A DNA stretch of 61,164 nucleotides, counting the filler, from Sphacelaria rigidula (Eukaryota), in assembly GCA_964200075.2 (NCBI GenBank). It is 10 parts of 10 records of this genome, joined end to end, with 100 filler letters (N's around TTAATTAATTAA, not from the genome) between each part and the next. Parts side by side here need not be neighbours in the genome. Positions count along the whole stretch, not along the records: positions 24,509 to 30,534 come from CAXNAA020022712.1; positions 30,635 to 36,660 come from CAXNAA020022713.1; positions 36,761 to 42,786 come from CAXNAA020022714.1; 7 more parts are not named here. One strand, 5' to 3'. The position numbers and the translations under genes are program-made. The notes beneath the pieces were generated by a model that did not search any database, was not told the DNA's origin, and saw only the letters and a program-made list of their open reading frames with translations. Of this stretch, positions 24,866-37,790 are shown in pieces. Numbering within the stretch: the first letter of the stretch is position 1; each line of letters starts with the position of its first letter.

Positions 24866-25023
24866 CACGCTCACACACATGCGCACGAGCGCACGAGCTT
24901 GCGGGGGCTGCTGGTAGATCCTCGAGGCACTCGACACGGAACCGGTGCCCTGCAAGCAGTATTTCAAGACATCCTATACCCTTGACATTAAAAATGAACA
25001 GTGTCATCGGCAAGGCAGAACCG

Positions 25024-25452
25024 AACAGCGGATTTTCAAAAATGGGGTTGAACAAAAAAATGAGGTTCGACTCAAAAGCAGTGCTTTCCCTGACCTTAAG
25101 ATATGAGCAATTACTTTCATATGGACGACCTCATCCCTCCCAACCTCCCTAAACCTATTTAGGGGGATTCCAGCTTTCCGTTTCCCCGAAGGGTATGTGC
25201 TGAAGTTCATTTCCGCCTCGAGTTCGGGGTAAAGAAAGGAATGTGTTCTGGCCCAAAAATTATGCTTTCGCACATACATACCCTTCGAATGAACGGAAGG
25301 CTGGAAATCCCCCCAAATAGTTTTTTTAGAGAGGTCGGAATGGATGAGGTCGTCCATATGAAAGTCGTTTGTGATGACTTTAGTTCAGGGCAAGCACTAC
25401 TTTTGAGTTGAGCATCAGTTTTCGCTCAATCCTATTTTTGAGAATCTGCTGT
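25024..25452. mobile_element. ~430 bp hairpin MITE with ~185 bp inverted arms
   Basis: AACAGCGGATTTTCAAAAAT..ACTTTCATATGGACGACCTCATCC..CGAAGGGTATGT pairs with ACATACCCTTCG..GGATGAGGTCGTCCATATGAAAGT..ATTTTTGAGAATCTGCTGTT. Confidence 0.82.
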
Positions 25453-25475
25453 TATCGGTCGGATTTCCAGCTTGA

Positions 25476-25775
25476 AACATGTTTTCGTGAGATTGAGAGT
25501 AATCAGGGGATATAATTGAGAGTGAAAAGCGGTCAACTAATGAATGAATGGTTTCAGTCCCGAAACGCCCCTCTACGAGGCCCGGTACGCTTTCTGTGGT
25601 AGCTTGCCTCTGAAGCCCTTGATATCCCTGAGCAAGATATTGATGTGTAGCTGTAAGCACACGTCAGCGCGAGAGGCAAAGAAAAACACGCGCGGGATGA
25701 AAAATTGGTCGAGTTTTAAAACGAATGATGAAAACCACTCTATATCAACGCTCTACTCTCAAATCGCACCGCAGC
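25476..25775. mobile_element. MITE family A, copy 2
   Basis: Homologous to 5208-5511 and 35341-35634, with the same TIR motif. Confidence 0.75.
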
Positions 25776-26109
25776 ATTATTTTTTATTGTTGTCAAGTGA
25801 GGGAGAACACTCCGGTGCGGAATTGCCGCGGTGGCGGGTGCAGCACCTGCACCACGACTGACCGCGCCACTCATGGCGTGGGTTTCGTGTAACCCCGAGC
25901 GTACTGCTTTACTGCTGTGCTGTGTGGCGTGCGGTCTGTTGTGTGGTGCTACTGCCATGTGTGGACAACGCCATGTTGATCTGCAGTAGCCGTGTATCGT
26001 CGACTTGAGTAGGTCTATCACTTGCTCCCGCATGCCGCAGGCAAAAAGATGGCGTTACACGACGGAAACGCCTCATTTATTGTCGTAAATACAACTTTAT
26101 CATCAACCT

Positions 26110-26645
26110 TTCTTTGATATTGGTGTCCAATCCCAATTTGGACAAAATACGTCTCGATCAGACTGGAAATTGGCCCACTTTGGGGCAATCAATTTTCGAA
26201 AGTAATGTTCATCTATCGGCGTGCCTCAGCGAACGTGCGGTGGAAAAAACAAACAAACGAACGATCTGATAGGTTGTCACCTCAACATAAGTGGTTCAAG
26301 GCACGCCCTGACGAGATATAACTGTACCTCTGGTGGGGGGCTAGATGAGAGACGAGGCGCCATTCTACTCGTTTGGTCCTTGCTTCTTCGGGATAGGTTC
26401 TCCATGAATGTAGCGCTGGCGAGTTGGCGTCAACAAGGTCAGGCCTCGTTTCTTCTTGCGTAGTGGTTACAGTTAGCCGTTGGGTTGGAAGTCTCTATCT
26501 GCTTTTACTGATGAAATTATGGTGAAGAATGTCGGGGCCATTTTTTGTTTTTGGTCATTTTTTTCAAAATCTCGCATGCGTGCGAGACCTGTGCCATTGA
26601 TACCTGCAGCACTGCTGCCACGCGCGTCAGCCGTGGCTCATCACT
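26110..26645 (+). repeat. Dispersed repeat family B, copy 2
   Basis: Collinear similarity to 10680-11215. Confidence 0.85.
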
Positions 26646-26689
26646 GGTTGTTGTTTATTCTGGCTGCCGGTTGAACATGTGTCAGCGTG

Positions 26690-27910
26690 GAATGTAACGT
26701 TACCGATCCATTGGGGTACGGCGCAGAGGGTAGCATGATGGGAGCCTCAACAAGTCGAGCTTCGTTTTCGACAATGATGGCCCTTTGTGCGGTGTATTTT
26801 GCTTTTTCCACGGCTGTTCTGAAGGCTGCTTAGGAACCAACTCTCTTCGTGCTCTTTTTCAGCTGCTCCCAGTATGCACTTTCACGTCACAACTGAAGGC
26901 TGTTTTGGTGCCCCTCTGGAAGAGACACTGTATTGACTGGGAAACCCGCTTCTCTCCGATATTATTTCACAAGACGGTTGACACTTTTTCCTATTGCATG
27001 CGTACTGAGGTGTGAAATATTGAACTGTCTGTAGTTTTCACCTCCTCTCAGCTTGTGGGCTGGGATGCGGTGAGACCATCCAATCCACGTTCTTTCGCTT
27101 GCTCAATGGCGGGGAATGACAAGGTCGTGCATTCGCAGGTTGGGTAACATTTTTGTCAGTGCTATTTCGAGTCACCGCGTTTCCAGAGGTCGGCCTGTTC
27201 GATTATTTGCCGTGCCTTTCGCACTATGGTGGTTAAAGGTTGGTTGATAGGTGTGGCTTTGCTGTTTAATTAGCCATCCTGGTGATATTTAATGCACGGT
27301 GATGAGACTAATTCCGCGTTTCGCTGTTTGAATAGCCGTACAAGTGACCTGTAGTGCACGCTGAGGAGTCTAACTTCGCGTTTCGCTGTTTGATTAGCCA
27401 TGCGGGTGTCATAAAAATGCACACTGAGGGGGCTAATTTCGCGTTGACCCAAACACATGACTCCAAGAACCTCTCAACTCGAATTATTATGCACATGACC
27501 CATACGTTTCACCTGGAGTAGCGTTCTTTGAAGGACCCTAGTGTTTCCAGTGTCGGGGAGCAGTCGGTTCTCTTTCTAGTTTTTTACTTTCAAGGTCTGT
27601 CTTGCCTGAGTTTTTTTCTGGTGTCGCCAATGTGAGGAAGGCGTATCGCTAGGGTAGACTGACTAAGGAGGAGGCTGTCTTGGGAGAGGTCGTCCTGATG
27701 CCGAGAGAACTCCGAGGCTGGCGATGATTTCCACTTGTGATATGTAGGCAAGACGTTGGGTCAGACGAGAAGTGGTCGCCAGGGGGCGATCACTTCCTCG
27801 GGGGATGTTGGTCCGTCCTGATATCAGGCTCTTCCTGGTATCACCCCAAGTTGTCTAGAATCGTTGGCATTACACGGTCCTCGGTAATCTGGCCCTTTCG
27901 GACCGTTCCT
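26690..27910 (-). pseudogene. Heavily decayed ORF-like relic (possibly retroelement), interrupted by a minisatellite
   Basis: Long protein-like frames with sparse stops (LEIALTKMLPNLRMHDLVIPRH*..AAFRTAVEKAKYTAQRAIIVENEARLVE; LAIRLPHIGDTRKKLRQ). No diagnostic motif. Confidence 0.25.
27262..27450 (+). repeat. Minisatellite, ~61 bp x3
   Basis: GCTGTTT(G/A)A(T/A)TAGCC...TGCAC...CTAA(T/C)T(T/C)CGCGTT recurs at ~27262, 27323 and 27385. Confidence 0.8.
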
Positions 27911-28139
27911 ACCTTGTACCTGCATGCTCTGGTTCTCCATACATGTGTGGCATCAGTCTCTGATATGTCACTGCAAAGGAGTGTAGTCCACACACACACA
28001 TATATATATATATATCAAACGAATTCGACAAATCTCCGTAGCAATACACGCGGCTTCTGCGGCTCCTTTCGAAGCTTTTCCCAATCTGCACGGGCTCCGG
28101 CATCCACCGCGTCTGGATCTTTCTCAAAGTGTACACCAT

Positions 28140-28430
28140 ATCTATAATATCCAATATATATATTGACCAGCCAATACATTGGCACCAATTTATTTTGACC
28201 GGTCAATATGTTCTCACCAATGCGACCCTATAATATATTGGTCGTGCAATGTGCCGTCGCCCACACTGCCCCAATATATATTGTGATGGGACAATATGTG
28301 TTCAACCCCACGGCACCGAAATATATATATATATATATATTGGGCGGGCAATATGTGTGCAGTCGCACGACATCAATATATATATCGGGCGCGCAATACG
28401 TGTGCAGTCCAAGGGTACCAATATCTATCA
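28140..28430 (+). repeat. AT-rich degenerate tandem repeat (CAATATATATATTG..GCAATATGTGTGCAGTC)
   Basis: Several ~35-50 bp units next to the segment shared with 1900-1990; this resembles a transposon subterminal array. Confidence 0.6.
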
Positions 28431-30534
28431 CGCCGGCAATGTTTCGCAAAATTCCAATACGATCGACTGATATATGTTGAAAACATATTTGATTGTTCAG
28501 GGTATGCAAAATTATTCACCATACGACCGTTTCGTTGTGTGCCTTTTCTGGTATTTCAATCAACCAATCGTGAATTGCTCATGTGCGCCTGCACCTGTGT
28601 GTATCGATGTTTGTGTATCTCAGTTACCGTTGGAATGTACGTGCGGCAGAGACAACATGGCTTGTACTATAAATACAGGAAAAAACGCTTTGCATCACGG
28701 CATGTTTATCTCGATCAATTGGGTGATTTCATTTGATCTGAGAACGCTCTGTAACATTGGCTCAGGCGCAGAAGATCGGGCGCTGAAGCATATGCCCTCA
28801 GATCTAGCCGAAAAAACAGTCGATCATCAAAACAGATTGCGGCTCGTCTATTTGGGCCATGCTATTTCGGGCAAAGCATTTCACGCATAAACCCTGCTGC
28901 ACACCGAAATGCGACTTGCAAACATCGGGAGGAAAAAAAGCACACCCTAGGCAACAGATTACTCAGTCAATAAAGTGTACTGCGTGCAGTACCGACGATT
29001 GCATCTACTGCACTAGAGAATAGATTCCATGCGGCACGCAGTACACTTTTTGACTAACATTTGTACAGGCTGTGGAAAAAAACACCTATAAGAGAGGGAG
29101 ATAGTGAGAGAGGGAATGAACAAGGAGACTGAGGAAGTGAAGATACCCGAGAACACGGTACGGTAGGGCGGGTACAAACGCGCGACCAGCGTTGAGTAAT
29201 GAACGCGACACCTCATATTTCCAACGTCGGTGTCATTTCGTTGGCTGACCCTATTTGCGACCATCGCCATTTGCGTCGGTACTACAGAATAGTGAAATAG
29301 ACAAATGTAATCTGTTGTCTAGGGTGTGAAAAAAACACATGTAAGGCAGGGAGAGGGCGAGAGGGAGAATATAGAAGGAGACTGAGAAAGTGAAAATCCC
29401 CCCCCCCCCCTTCAAATAAAAAAGAAAAAAATACACCGCGAGTCGTCACTGACTGTACAGCATATCTTACACTTCATCCGATTCCCAACTAGAGCCCCAT
29501 CATCGTGCCGTCGAGTAGTGGACTACAGGTAGGGCCATGATCTTTGCCCCGCCGCTCCCCCCTCGCTACGGAGGAAGAGTGGGCTCGTAGAGTCGCCTTA
29601 CACGGGCAGGTGGTTGCTGGTACACTTTATATGCACTTGGAACATGCAGTGGGCAATTTTCATAGAGCCTGCGAGGTTTGAAACACTAGTGCCAGAACAT
29701 AGCCGGGTTCGTGGTGTTTATGCAGTGCAACGCTAAGCTTGGGCAACGAGTCCTTTACAATCTAATTAATAATGTACTCAGTTAAAGTGCGAAAGCCAAA
29801 TCAAATAAAAAATCAATCACATCAAACTTCCTACACCCTGTGTGAATAGTGGGGAAAAAGGCCGGTTCCAACAAGAGTCTGTCAAAAAAATATTTCGGGA
29901 CACGTAGCCCCCCAAATCGAAAACTCGAGTTCTTGAGGGAGGGGGGGGGGGCACCCAGCTTGCTGCCCCCTAGTTTATTGCCGAGGCGTTGGCCGATGCG
30001 GTTAGCTACCGTGTACAGAGCGGATGTGGTCAACTGCTGTGCATCGAAATTCTTGGCATGGAGATCGCTGAGATGGCGGACACACCGCTCCTCCAAGCTC
30101 ATCACCCGCCATGATTACATTCATGGGATCATGTTCCGTGTCGTGTGCCTCGACTACCTACCACTAGTCCGAGGACATTTGGGAAGGCGTGAGATGTTGT
30201 TGCTACTTTGGCTACAGGCTGACGCTACCGTGCGCTCGTGTAATGTACATATATAGATGTATACGAGCGGTGCCGGCATCCGAGATCATTGGGACAGGGC
30301 GGGCAAGGAGCGGAGGCAAATATACGAACCTCGCAAAGCCTGCCAGACCTTTCGTTTTTTGTCAGTGTTTATTGATCAATTTCTTTCGACAATTTAACTA
30401 TGAAAAATCACGACAATTTTCGAAAAAAATCCTCCGGGAGGGGGGGGGGGGGGGGGGGATTCTGGATGAAAAATTTTCCCCCAGACAGACGCGTGGTTTG
30501 AAACATTTGCGAGTTGTTTTCCCTTGTCGGAAAC

Positions 30535-30634
30535 NNNNNNNNNNNNNNNNNNNNNNNNNNNNNNNNNNNNNNNNNNNNTTAATTAATTAANNNNNNNNNN
30601 NNNNNNNNNNNNNNNNNNNNNNNNNNNNNNNNNN
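30535..30634. other. Artificial contig linker
   Basis: 44N-TTAATTAATTAA-44N. Confidence 0.99.
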
Positions 30635-32064
30635 GCCGAAATTTTGCCCAACTGTTTCAAACCCCCGCAACCAAAAGCCCAACAGGGCCTCCCCCCCCGC
30701 CCCCCCCCCCCCCCTCATTTTTTTGCTTTCAATCAGTCTGCATCTCTCTCTTGCCCCCCTCGTTTCGGACTACGGCACTGGAGGGCGTCTGCATCGTGTA
30801 GCGTTGTTTCCTCTCTCCACCGATGTCCACCGAGAGATCCATGCAGCGGGGGGTTGTGCTCGTTGCCGGTTCGCGCCACCCAACATTAGCTTGCCACCTA
30901 TCTCAGAAGAATTTTTTCAAATATCGAGCCTCACCGGGAATTGAGGCTCGACGCGACACAGTGAAAATTTGGGGAAATATCCAGAATCGTATAGGTCACC
31001 AGGTCTCATCAATTTAGTGATATCTCCCTCCACCAACCGTTATAATGAAGCAGAAAAAATATCTTTCCACAAAGATTCACATCTCAACAGTCATCTGTAT
31101 CTTACGCATTCTTGCTTCCAGTTACACACTTGTTTATCCATGTTGTATGAACAAACCCGCGCACGTTTTGGCCAGTTCACCATGTTACAACTCCAGCCAA
31201 CCAAAAACAATTTGCGCTCTGCACTCTTGTTTTGGCATGCCGTGCCAGCATGTCTTCCACCGCCCATGATCCCAGTGCCATCAATATATATATATATATT
31301 GTGACCACCAATCACATGGGGTAAAAAATGAGCATTTCTTCTTTCATCGTGTCATGCAATAACACCTGTTGTTCACCTCATGGTACTAGTTCTGCCAGCT
31401 CACAGCCTCACAACTACATCCAAAACGGGTTCAAGGTAGCATTTTTTATTTTTCATGTCATGCGTAACATCTCTTTTGTTCATACCTACCACATACGGAA
31501 TACGTGATGTGTACTCAGTCTGTACCCCACAGGGCACCGGTAACTACTGTTCCTTTTCAAACAGCCCCCTCCCCCCCCCTGTTAATTAACCGTCCATGCC
31601 GAAGCCGTGACCAAACGCACTTCGACGCCTCTCGTGTTTCCACCTTTTGGGAATCGAGATCGAGGGGCAGTCCAGAAAATTCACGAGGAGAAGTGCCCCT
31701 CTCTACTCTGTAAAAATGAAGGACCACACAGTATCATCAAACCAAGATTGACTTTACGGAGTATATGTCTTGGGATTCAACTGGTCGTCATCACTCACAT
31801 GGGTACTTCTGCACGTCACTGAGATGACTAAATGCCAATATCGTCTGTACATTCAAGCCAGTGGTATACCGTCCTACCCTTACTGCACCTATTGAGATGA
31901 TCTTCAAAATTTGTCAACAGCCATGCTGGCTGGGAACGGTGCCCTGTGTCCCACACCCCACCGGTGACGAAAAAAATAGAATACATTGGACTGGGTCGGC
32001 TCTTCATGTCAACATGACCCGAGCCCCAAAATTTAGGTCTATCCGTAGATAACCAAGTACCGAA

Positions 32065-32545
32065 GATACACTTCGCCATCAACCGTGTTAAGTCAGGGAC
32101 ATTCAATCTACACCCCAAGGTAGGGTGGATCGTGCAATACTTTTTATGCAATCAATATACCTACCCGTCTACCAACCAAGCTAGATAACATTAACCTGCA
32201 CTTTGGGGGGAAATCGTATACTGTAACACCTGACGTCGAGAGCGGTACATCCCTGTAGAAAAGGGCCTCAACGCTGGTCTCATACCGAGATCATCATGTA
32301 ATCAAGTCATCCACCCGATATGACAACAAGCACATTTCATCGTCGACCTGCCAAGTTCGAGAAGTTCAACCTGCATTTCAAGGGAGGGTTGATCGTGAAA
32401 TACTTCATGTAGTCGAGATACCTACCCATCGACCAACCAAGTTAGGGAACATCGACCAACACTTTCAGGGATGATAGAAGATGCAATTCAGTAACATTGA
32501 GATCGGTATATCCCTATAAAAAGATCTCAACGCCGACCAAGGCCA
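32065..32545 (+). repeat. Degenerate tandem duplication (~260 bp period) with ~85 bp sub-units
   Basis: GGGTGGATCGTGCAATACTT..ATACCTACCCGTCTACCAACCAAGCTAG matches GGGTTGATCGTGAAATACTT..ATACCTACCCATCGACCAACCAAGTTAG. Confidence 0.7.
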
Positions 32546-34866
32546 TCCACCTACTGTAATCAGCCTAACAGTCTTTCATGTTTCACAACACACGTGAGGT
32601 TCTTGCGCGCATTCTTTTCATGTCCATCATACATCGTCGTACGATACTCCATCTAATTTTACGTGTTGGCCCAGATATTTTGTCACAAACACACCGCAGA
32701 ACGGAATGAACCGACTATCCCCTCAAGGAACTTTGTCCCGCCGAGATGGGGAGAACAAACCCGGCAGTTTCCAGTCAAACAGTCGCTTCAGCTCAAATCC
32801 TCTGACATCACACTCTACTGTTGAAACATGAAAAGCATACTACAGCGCCACAAGTCATGTCACCATATCCGTCTGGAACACACTGATCAGCAGCCACCTG
32901 CAGGCTTACTTACCGCCATCACGTTTCATCCCCATGATGGTCATGTAAGAGTCTGGCTCCACCCACAAAATCAAAACCAATCACTGTAATCCCGGGAACT
33001 AAACACACCTGACAAATCAAGAAATTCCCGCGGTACCACTCCATTCGGTGTAGTACTCACGTTTGGGACATATGCCCCCGATGAATTTTTTTTACTCCTT
33101 CTCCGCGCACAAGATAGACGGTGCGCGCCCCCTGCACAGTGTTGCAGCTGAGTGGTGACGTCGTTTTCGCAGAACACGTCTTCCACAGGTGCAGTGGATA
33201 GCTCAGGAACAAAGCCCACTCCCCAGAGCTGGCCTGAGCTGGTCTTTCGACCGTGCTGCGCTGGGACGTCCCAAATCCCGAGCGCGTGGTGAGGTGCGTC
33301 TCACTACCTGACTCCTTCTCCCCGCTCGCGGGCAGTGCCCCCTGCACTAATCGGGACATCGCTGCCTTTGCTTCGTGCAAACTGCCTTTAAAGTCCGCAT
33401 CGTCCCCGGTCGCTGTTGGAGGTATGACCGCGTCCCTTGGTCCTGCCATCTTGGTCGAATGTTTGGACCACAAGCCGTTGGCAAATCAAATAGACCCTCT
33501 AGACAGTTCCTTGATGCGTGATCCGTAAACAGGGACAGCTAGACACGACTGATGAAGTCGATCAAAGGACACGGCTGAGCCGATCATGCTGTTGTAAAAG
33601 AGTCGTATTACATAGCTTGACTAAGCAAGTCAAGGAAGGAAAAGAAGGAAGAGAACGCAGTGAACTCGTGTGGCTACCCAACACCGTGGTAAGCGAAGCT
33701 CCCACACATTGCGTACGTGAGTACAAGGCATACGCCTACTATGGTACCAAATCCCAACGCATGTAACTGCCACAACCCGTGAAAACAGGTACCTCTGTAC
33801 CGTGGCTTGTCCGTACTGTAGACTACACTGAAAAGGCTGTTCATATCAACACTGACAAGTGCTTGTGATGGGGAACGAGTATCATGTGTAATAACTAGAT
33901 CATACCGGTTCATATGCCAGGATTGAACCAAAAACGATTTCCCCGAGCAAGTGATTGTGGTGAACATCCACCGTGTCCTGTGTAAATGACTGGGTCACAT
34001 TCGCTCATTTTCCAGGGTCGAAGTAGACACGGCGTCCCCTCCGCATGTCAGAAGGTCTCCACAAGTTTTTTTATCTCTCTCTCACACACACCCCAACTGG
34101 CCTGTGGCCGGCTCTTGTGCTCATGTCGGGTAAAATCAACGATGAATAACACCTCCCAAGTTCAAATTGGCTCGTCTATTATTTTTGCCGCGCGGCGCAC
34201 CGTCCTTGCTGGGATGTGTGTGACAGAGAACAGAAGTAGCGGCGACGGGAACATTACCCAGTTTATCAGCGCACATGAGCGCGTCCTGTTCGAAAACAGA
34301 TGCAGAGAGAAATCGATCTTCGCATTGGTGACCTCCACAAAGAGACGAAATCTCTCCGCAGCTCGATGTGCTTTAGGGATACCTACAGGCGCATGAGAAA
34401 TTCGGCACGTACTGGTAACATGGATGATGCCAGTCTCTCGAGCGATTGGTAATCGCCCAACGAGGGCATACAAAGGACACGGGCGAGGAGCTTCCTCTCT
34501 GTCGTTGCTTCTCTCTCTGGTGATATCGTCATCGACACGCGTGTACACCGTAGTCGTGCGGTGCATTTAGCCACAACTGATGATTCACAGTTGCGGAGTT
34601 TGGGGGGGAAAGATGATTTCACTCTGTGCTACTGTTTCGCGTCGTCCCTGCAAAAAAGATATGCCACTTGAACCTCATTCTTGAGACGAACCTCATTTTT
34701 CAGGATTCGCTGTTATATCGTGGTTGTACAGGAATGCTGATGCTGGACCAAGATCTAAATCTGTAATACGCAGGGAAATGGGCATGTTCATACATGTGTT
34801 GAAGTGTCACGACAAATCCGAAAATACTTCCAAGAAGAGTACAACAAACCGAGAACGACAACCTCC

Positions 34867-35086
34867 ACGTCTGTAATGCGTGAAAGGACCGCGTGCGTAG
34901 AGGACCGCATCGGAATTTGAACATCCATATGATTAGGGTTAGGGTCAGGATTAGTGTTAGGGTTATGATCAGGGGCGTGGTTCCTGCAGGCACTGGCCCG
35001 ATTGGTTTTGAAAAACGTAGATCCTGAGGTGTTTTGAACTACGGCGCGGTCCTCTAAGCACGCGGTCCTCTCACACATTACAACGT
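34867..35086. mobile_element. ~220 bp MITE with ~40 bp TIRs enclosing telomere-like hexamers
   Basis: The left end ACGTCTGTAATGCGTGAAAGGACCGCGTGCGTAGAGGACCGC is inverted to the right end GCGGTCCTCTAAGCACGCGGTCCTCTCACACATTACAACGT. TTAGGG TTAGGG TCAGGA TTAGTG TTAGGG lies inside at 34933-34962. Confidence 0.8.
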
Positions 35087-35340
35087 CCACCCAATCACAG
35101 GCACCACGTGACCATCCACACTACTTTCCACCCACAGCAAGCGCACTCAACGGCATCACCGCCCCTGCCTAAAGAACACATCGACAGCGATAGGGGGCAC
35201 TAGAACTATCTCGCCGAGAAGTCGAGCGCCCTAAGCTGGAACGAAGGAACCAAAGATAGACTACAGCCATCGACGTTTACGAGTAGCTGTTATTGTGTGA
35301 TGTGGCATATGATAGCATTGCGAGAGGAATGCGGTAAAAA

Positions 35341-35634
35341 CAACGTCTTCGTGAGATTGAGAGTAGAGGATATGATTGAGACTGGAAAACGATCAAGTAG
35401 CAAGTGAGCTCTTTCAGTTTCGAGATGGCCTTCCATGAGGCCCGATATGCTTCCTGTAGAAGCTTGCCACGGAGGTCCTTGATATCCGTGAGTAGGATAT
35501 CGATGTGTATCTGTAAGCACACGTTAGTGATATAGACAAAGAAAAGCACGCGCGGAATGAAAATGGGCTAAGTTGAAGCGAATGCCCAAAGGCACTCTCA
35601 ATCAGCCCTGTACTCTCAATCTTACGAAACGTTG
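35341..35634. mobile_element. MITE family A, copy 3
   Basis: Clear TIRs: CAACGTCTTCGTGAGATTGAGAGTA ... TACTCTCAATCTTACGAAACGTTG. Confidence 0.82.
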
Positions 35635-36158
35635 TTTACTGAAAAAAGTGAACAAATAGCTATATATCACTGGTACCGTACGTTTCAGTGATGAATTTCG
35701 GGTGTTCCTGTCTTTTTTTTTTGTCGCTTTCTTCTTGATTACTCCCCATCTTGTAATATACGGGTACATGTGTGAGCTATGGTGCGTGGGCTCTATTTCC
35801 AGTAACGTAGGCGTCAGTAGTTATAGAAGAGCATCCCTGACAGAGGCTGCACTCCTATAACTATTGATCAGTTCGTGCAGAGTTTTTTTCTCGATCCAGC
35901 CAGTGCTGGATATGGTTTGAGCCCCGTACTACCCCGGAACTCAGTGTCACCAACCCGGGGTGTCGACGCGCGATTGGCTAGACAGCCAATCGTTCTCCAG
36001 TCTAACTGAGATCCCGGGAAAACGGCAGCGACCGCACTTGTCTATTGTTTCTGTTGTTGGAAAGGGCGCTACAGGTTTTTTCCTCTCCTGACCATTAGAA
36101 TTTTCCCCTGCTCAAAACACGGGATTTTACAAATTGTGGATGGATCTTCTATTGGGGA

Positions 36159-36462
36159 CAACAACGTTTTCGTGAAATTGAGAGTTGGAGGTACGATTGA
36201 GTGTGAAAAGCGGTCAATTAGCGAATAAGCCGTTTCAGTTCCGAAATGCACCTCCACCAGGCCCAATCTTCTCTCTGTAGTAGCTTGCCACTGAGGCCCT
36301 CGATACCCCTGAGTAGGATATCAATGTACAGCTGTAAGCACATACATGGTAGTGATGAGACGACGAAAAGCACACACGGAATGAAAAATTGACCAGTTAA
36401 AGCAGACGATCAAAGCCACTCTCAATCCGCACCCAACTCTCGATCTCACGAAACCCTTGTTG
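36159..36462. mobile_element. MITE family A, copy 4
   Basis: TIRs: CAACAACGTTTTCGTGAAATTGAGAGTTGG ... CCAACTCTCGATCTCACGAAACCCTTGTTG. Confidence 0.8.
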
Positions 36463-36660
36463 GATGAAAACCCGGAGGATCAAAATCCTCGTATCCACAC
36501 CAAATCTTCGAAAAATGCTTTCATTTCTTCACTTGCTGGCAGCTATTGACAACTAACGGTGAATCCTAGAAAATGGGTTGATACAAAATATGGGGTTGAA
36601 GTGGCATTACTCTTTTGCAGGGAAGACGCGAAATGCTTACGACCGAGCGAAGCCATCTTC

Positions 36661-36760
36661 NNNNNNNNNNNNNNNNNNNNNNNNNNNNNNNNNNNNNNNN
36701 NNNNTTAATTAATTAANNNNNNNNNNNNNNNNNNNNNNNNNNNNNNNNNNNNNNNNNNNN
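36661..36760. other. Artificial contig linker
   Basis: 44N-TTAATTAATTAA-44N. Confidence 0.99.
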
Positions 36761-36984
36761 GGTCATGAGTACACACCCCCTCCCCCCACCCGGAGGGCAT
36801 TGTTTCGAAAATTGTCATGATATGTTTCGATTTTTTTTGTCAATTTTGTTGCAAGAAATTGATCAGTAAAGACTGTTTTGATTTGTTTCTGTTTATTTTG
36901 TCGCAAGGAATCGATCAATAAAAACTGTTTTGACTTGTTTCTTTTTTTTTGTTGTAGGGCATTCTACTGTGGTGCAAACCATTT

Positions 36985-37670
36985 CTTCACGAGGACGCCC
37001 TGACCTCCGTGGAAAACAGAAATAAATGAAGGCCCATTATCATCTTTCAAATTTGGCACACCTTCGTGGTTCTCCATGCCAAGTTTCTCATAATTACTCT
37101 ATAAATTGAGCAAAAAATTGAGACAAGGCCTGAGAGCAACGTTTATTTATTTCCGTCGAAACTTCACTAAAAATTCGAAAAAATGTAGGGAAAAAATGAC
37201 AAAAATAAAGGAAAGCAGTCTCACTTTATCGTGTTATGCACTAGCAGTTTTCCATACGGAATTTCGTCGCAAAAGTCTCGAAAACTGAGATGCGATACCC
37301 AGATTTAGGCCATCTCGCGCCTCTGCTCGTAACATATTGATAGTATCAAAACTTATGTGCGCCCTATCTCGAGATAGATCACGAATTAGGTGAAGGTTAG
37401 GGTATCTGTCGTCTCCGAGTGCTCCAGGGCAGGTCCACGCCAAAAATCGTCATCATCTGCTAAATGTATCGCTCGGGGTTTCATGTAGATTTAGGGGTGG
37501 ACGCTATATCCGCACGGTACATGAACTACTAGACATGGGGTTTAATCCACGAGAAAATCTTGGCCCGGAGTTTTGAGCAGATTGTCATCATCCCCTTGAG
37601 TAGCGATTAATGCGAAATGTGGATCACGGCCCAACCCGTCAATATCGATGAGATATTGCTTTTAGAGCTT
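36985..37670 (+). repeat. ~680 bp dispersed repeat family C, copy 1
   Basis: Collinear similarity to ~50050-50735 (e.g. TTATGCACTAGC, ATCTCGAGATAGAT(C/T)ACGAATTAGGTGAAGGT). Confidence 0.85.
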
Positions 37671-37790
37671 AACTGCATTTAAGGCTGACCCAGGTCGTAT
37701 ACAACGGGGGTATCAACGCAGTATGTTCCAGTGTGCCGGTACCAATAACAAATCGTCCATTGTCGGGCCTATGGCTGCCACCTGCTACAG

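Noticed and set aside
34933..34962. True telomere or chromosome end
   Set aside because: It is only five to six degenerate units, internal to the contig and enclosed by TIRs.
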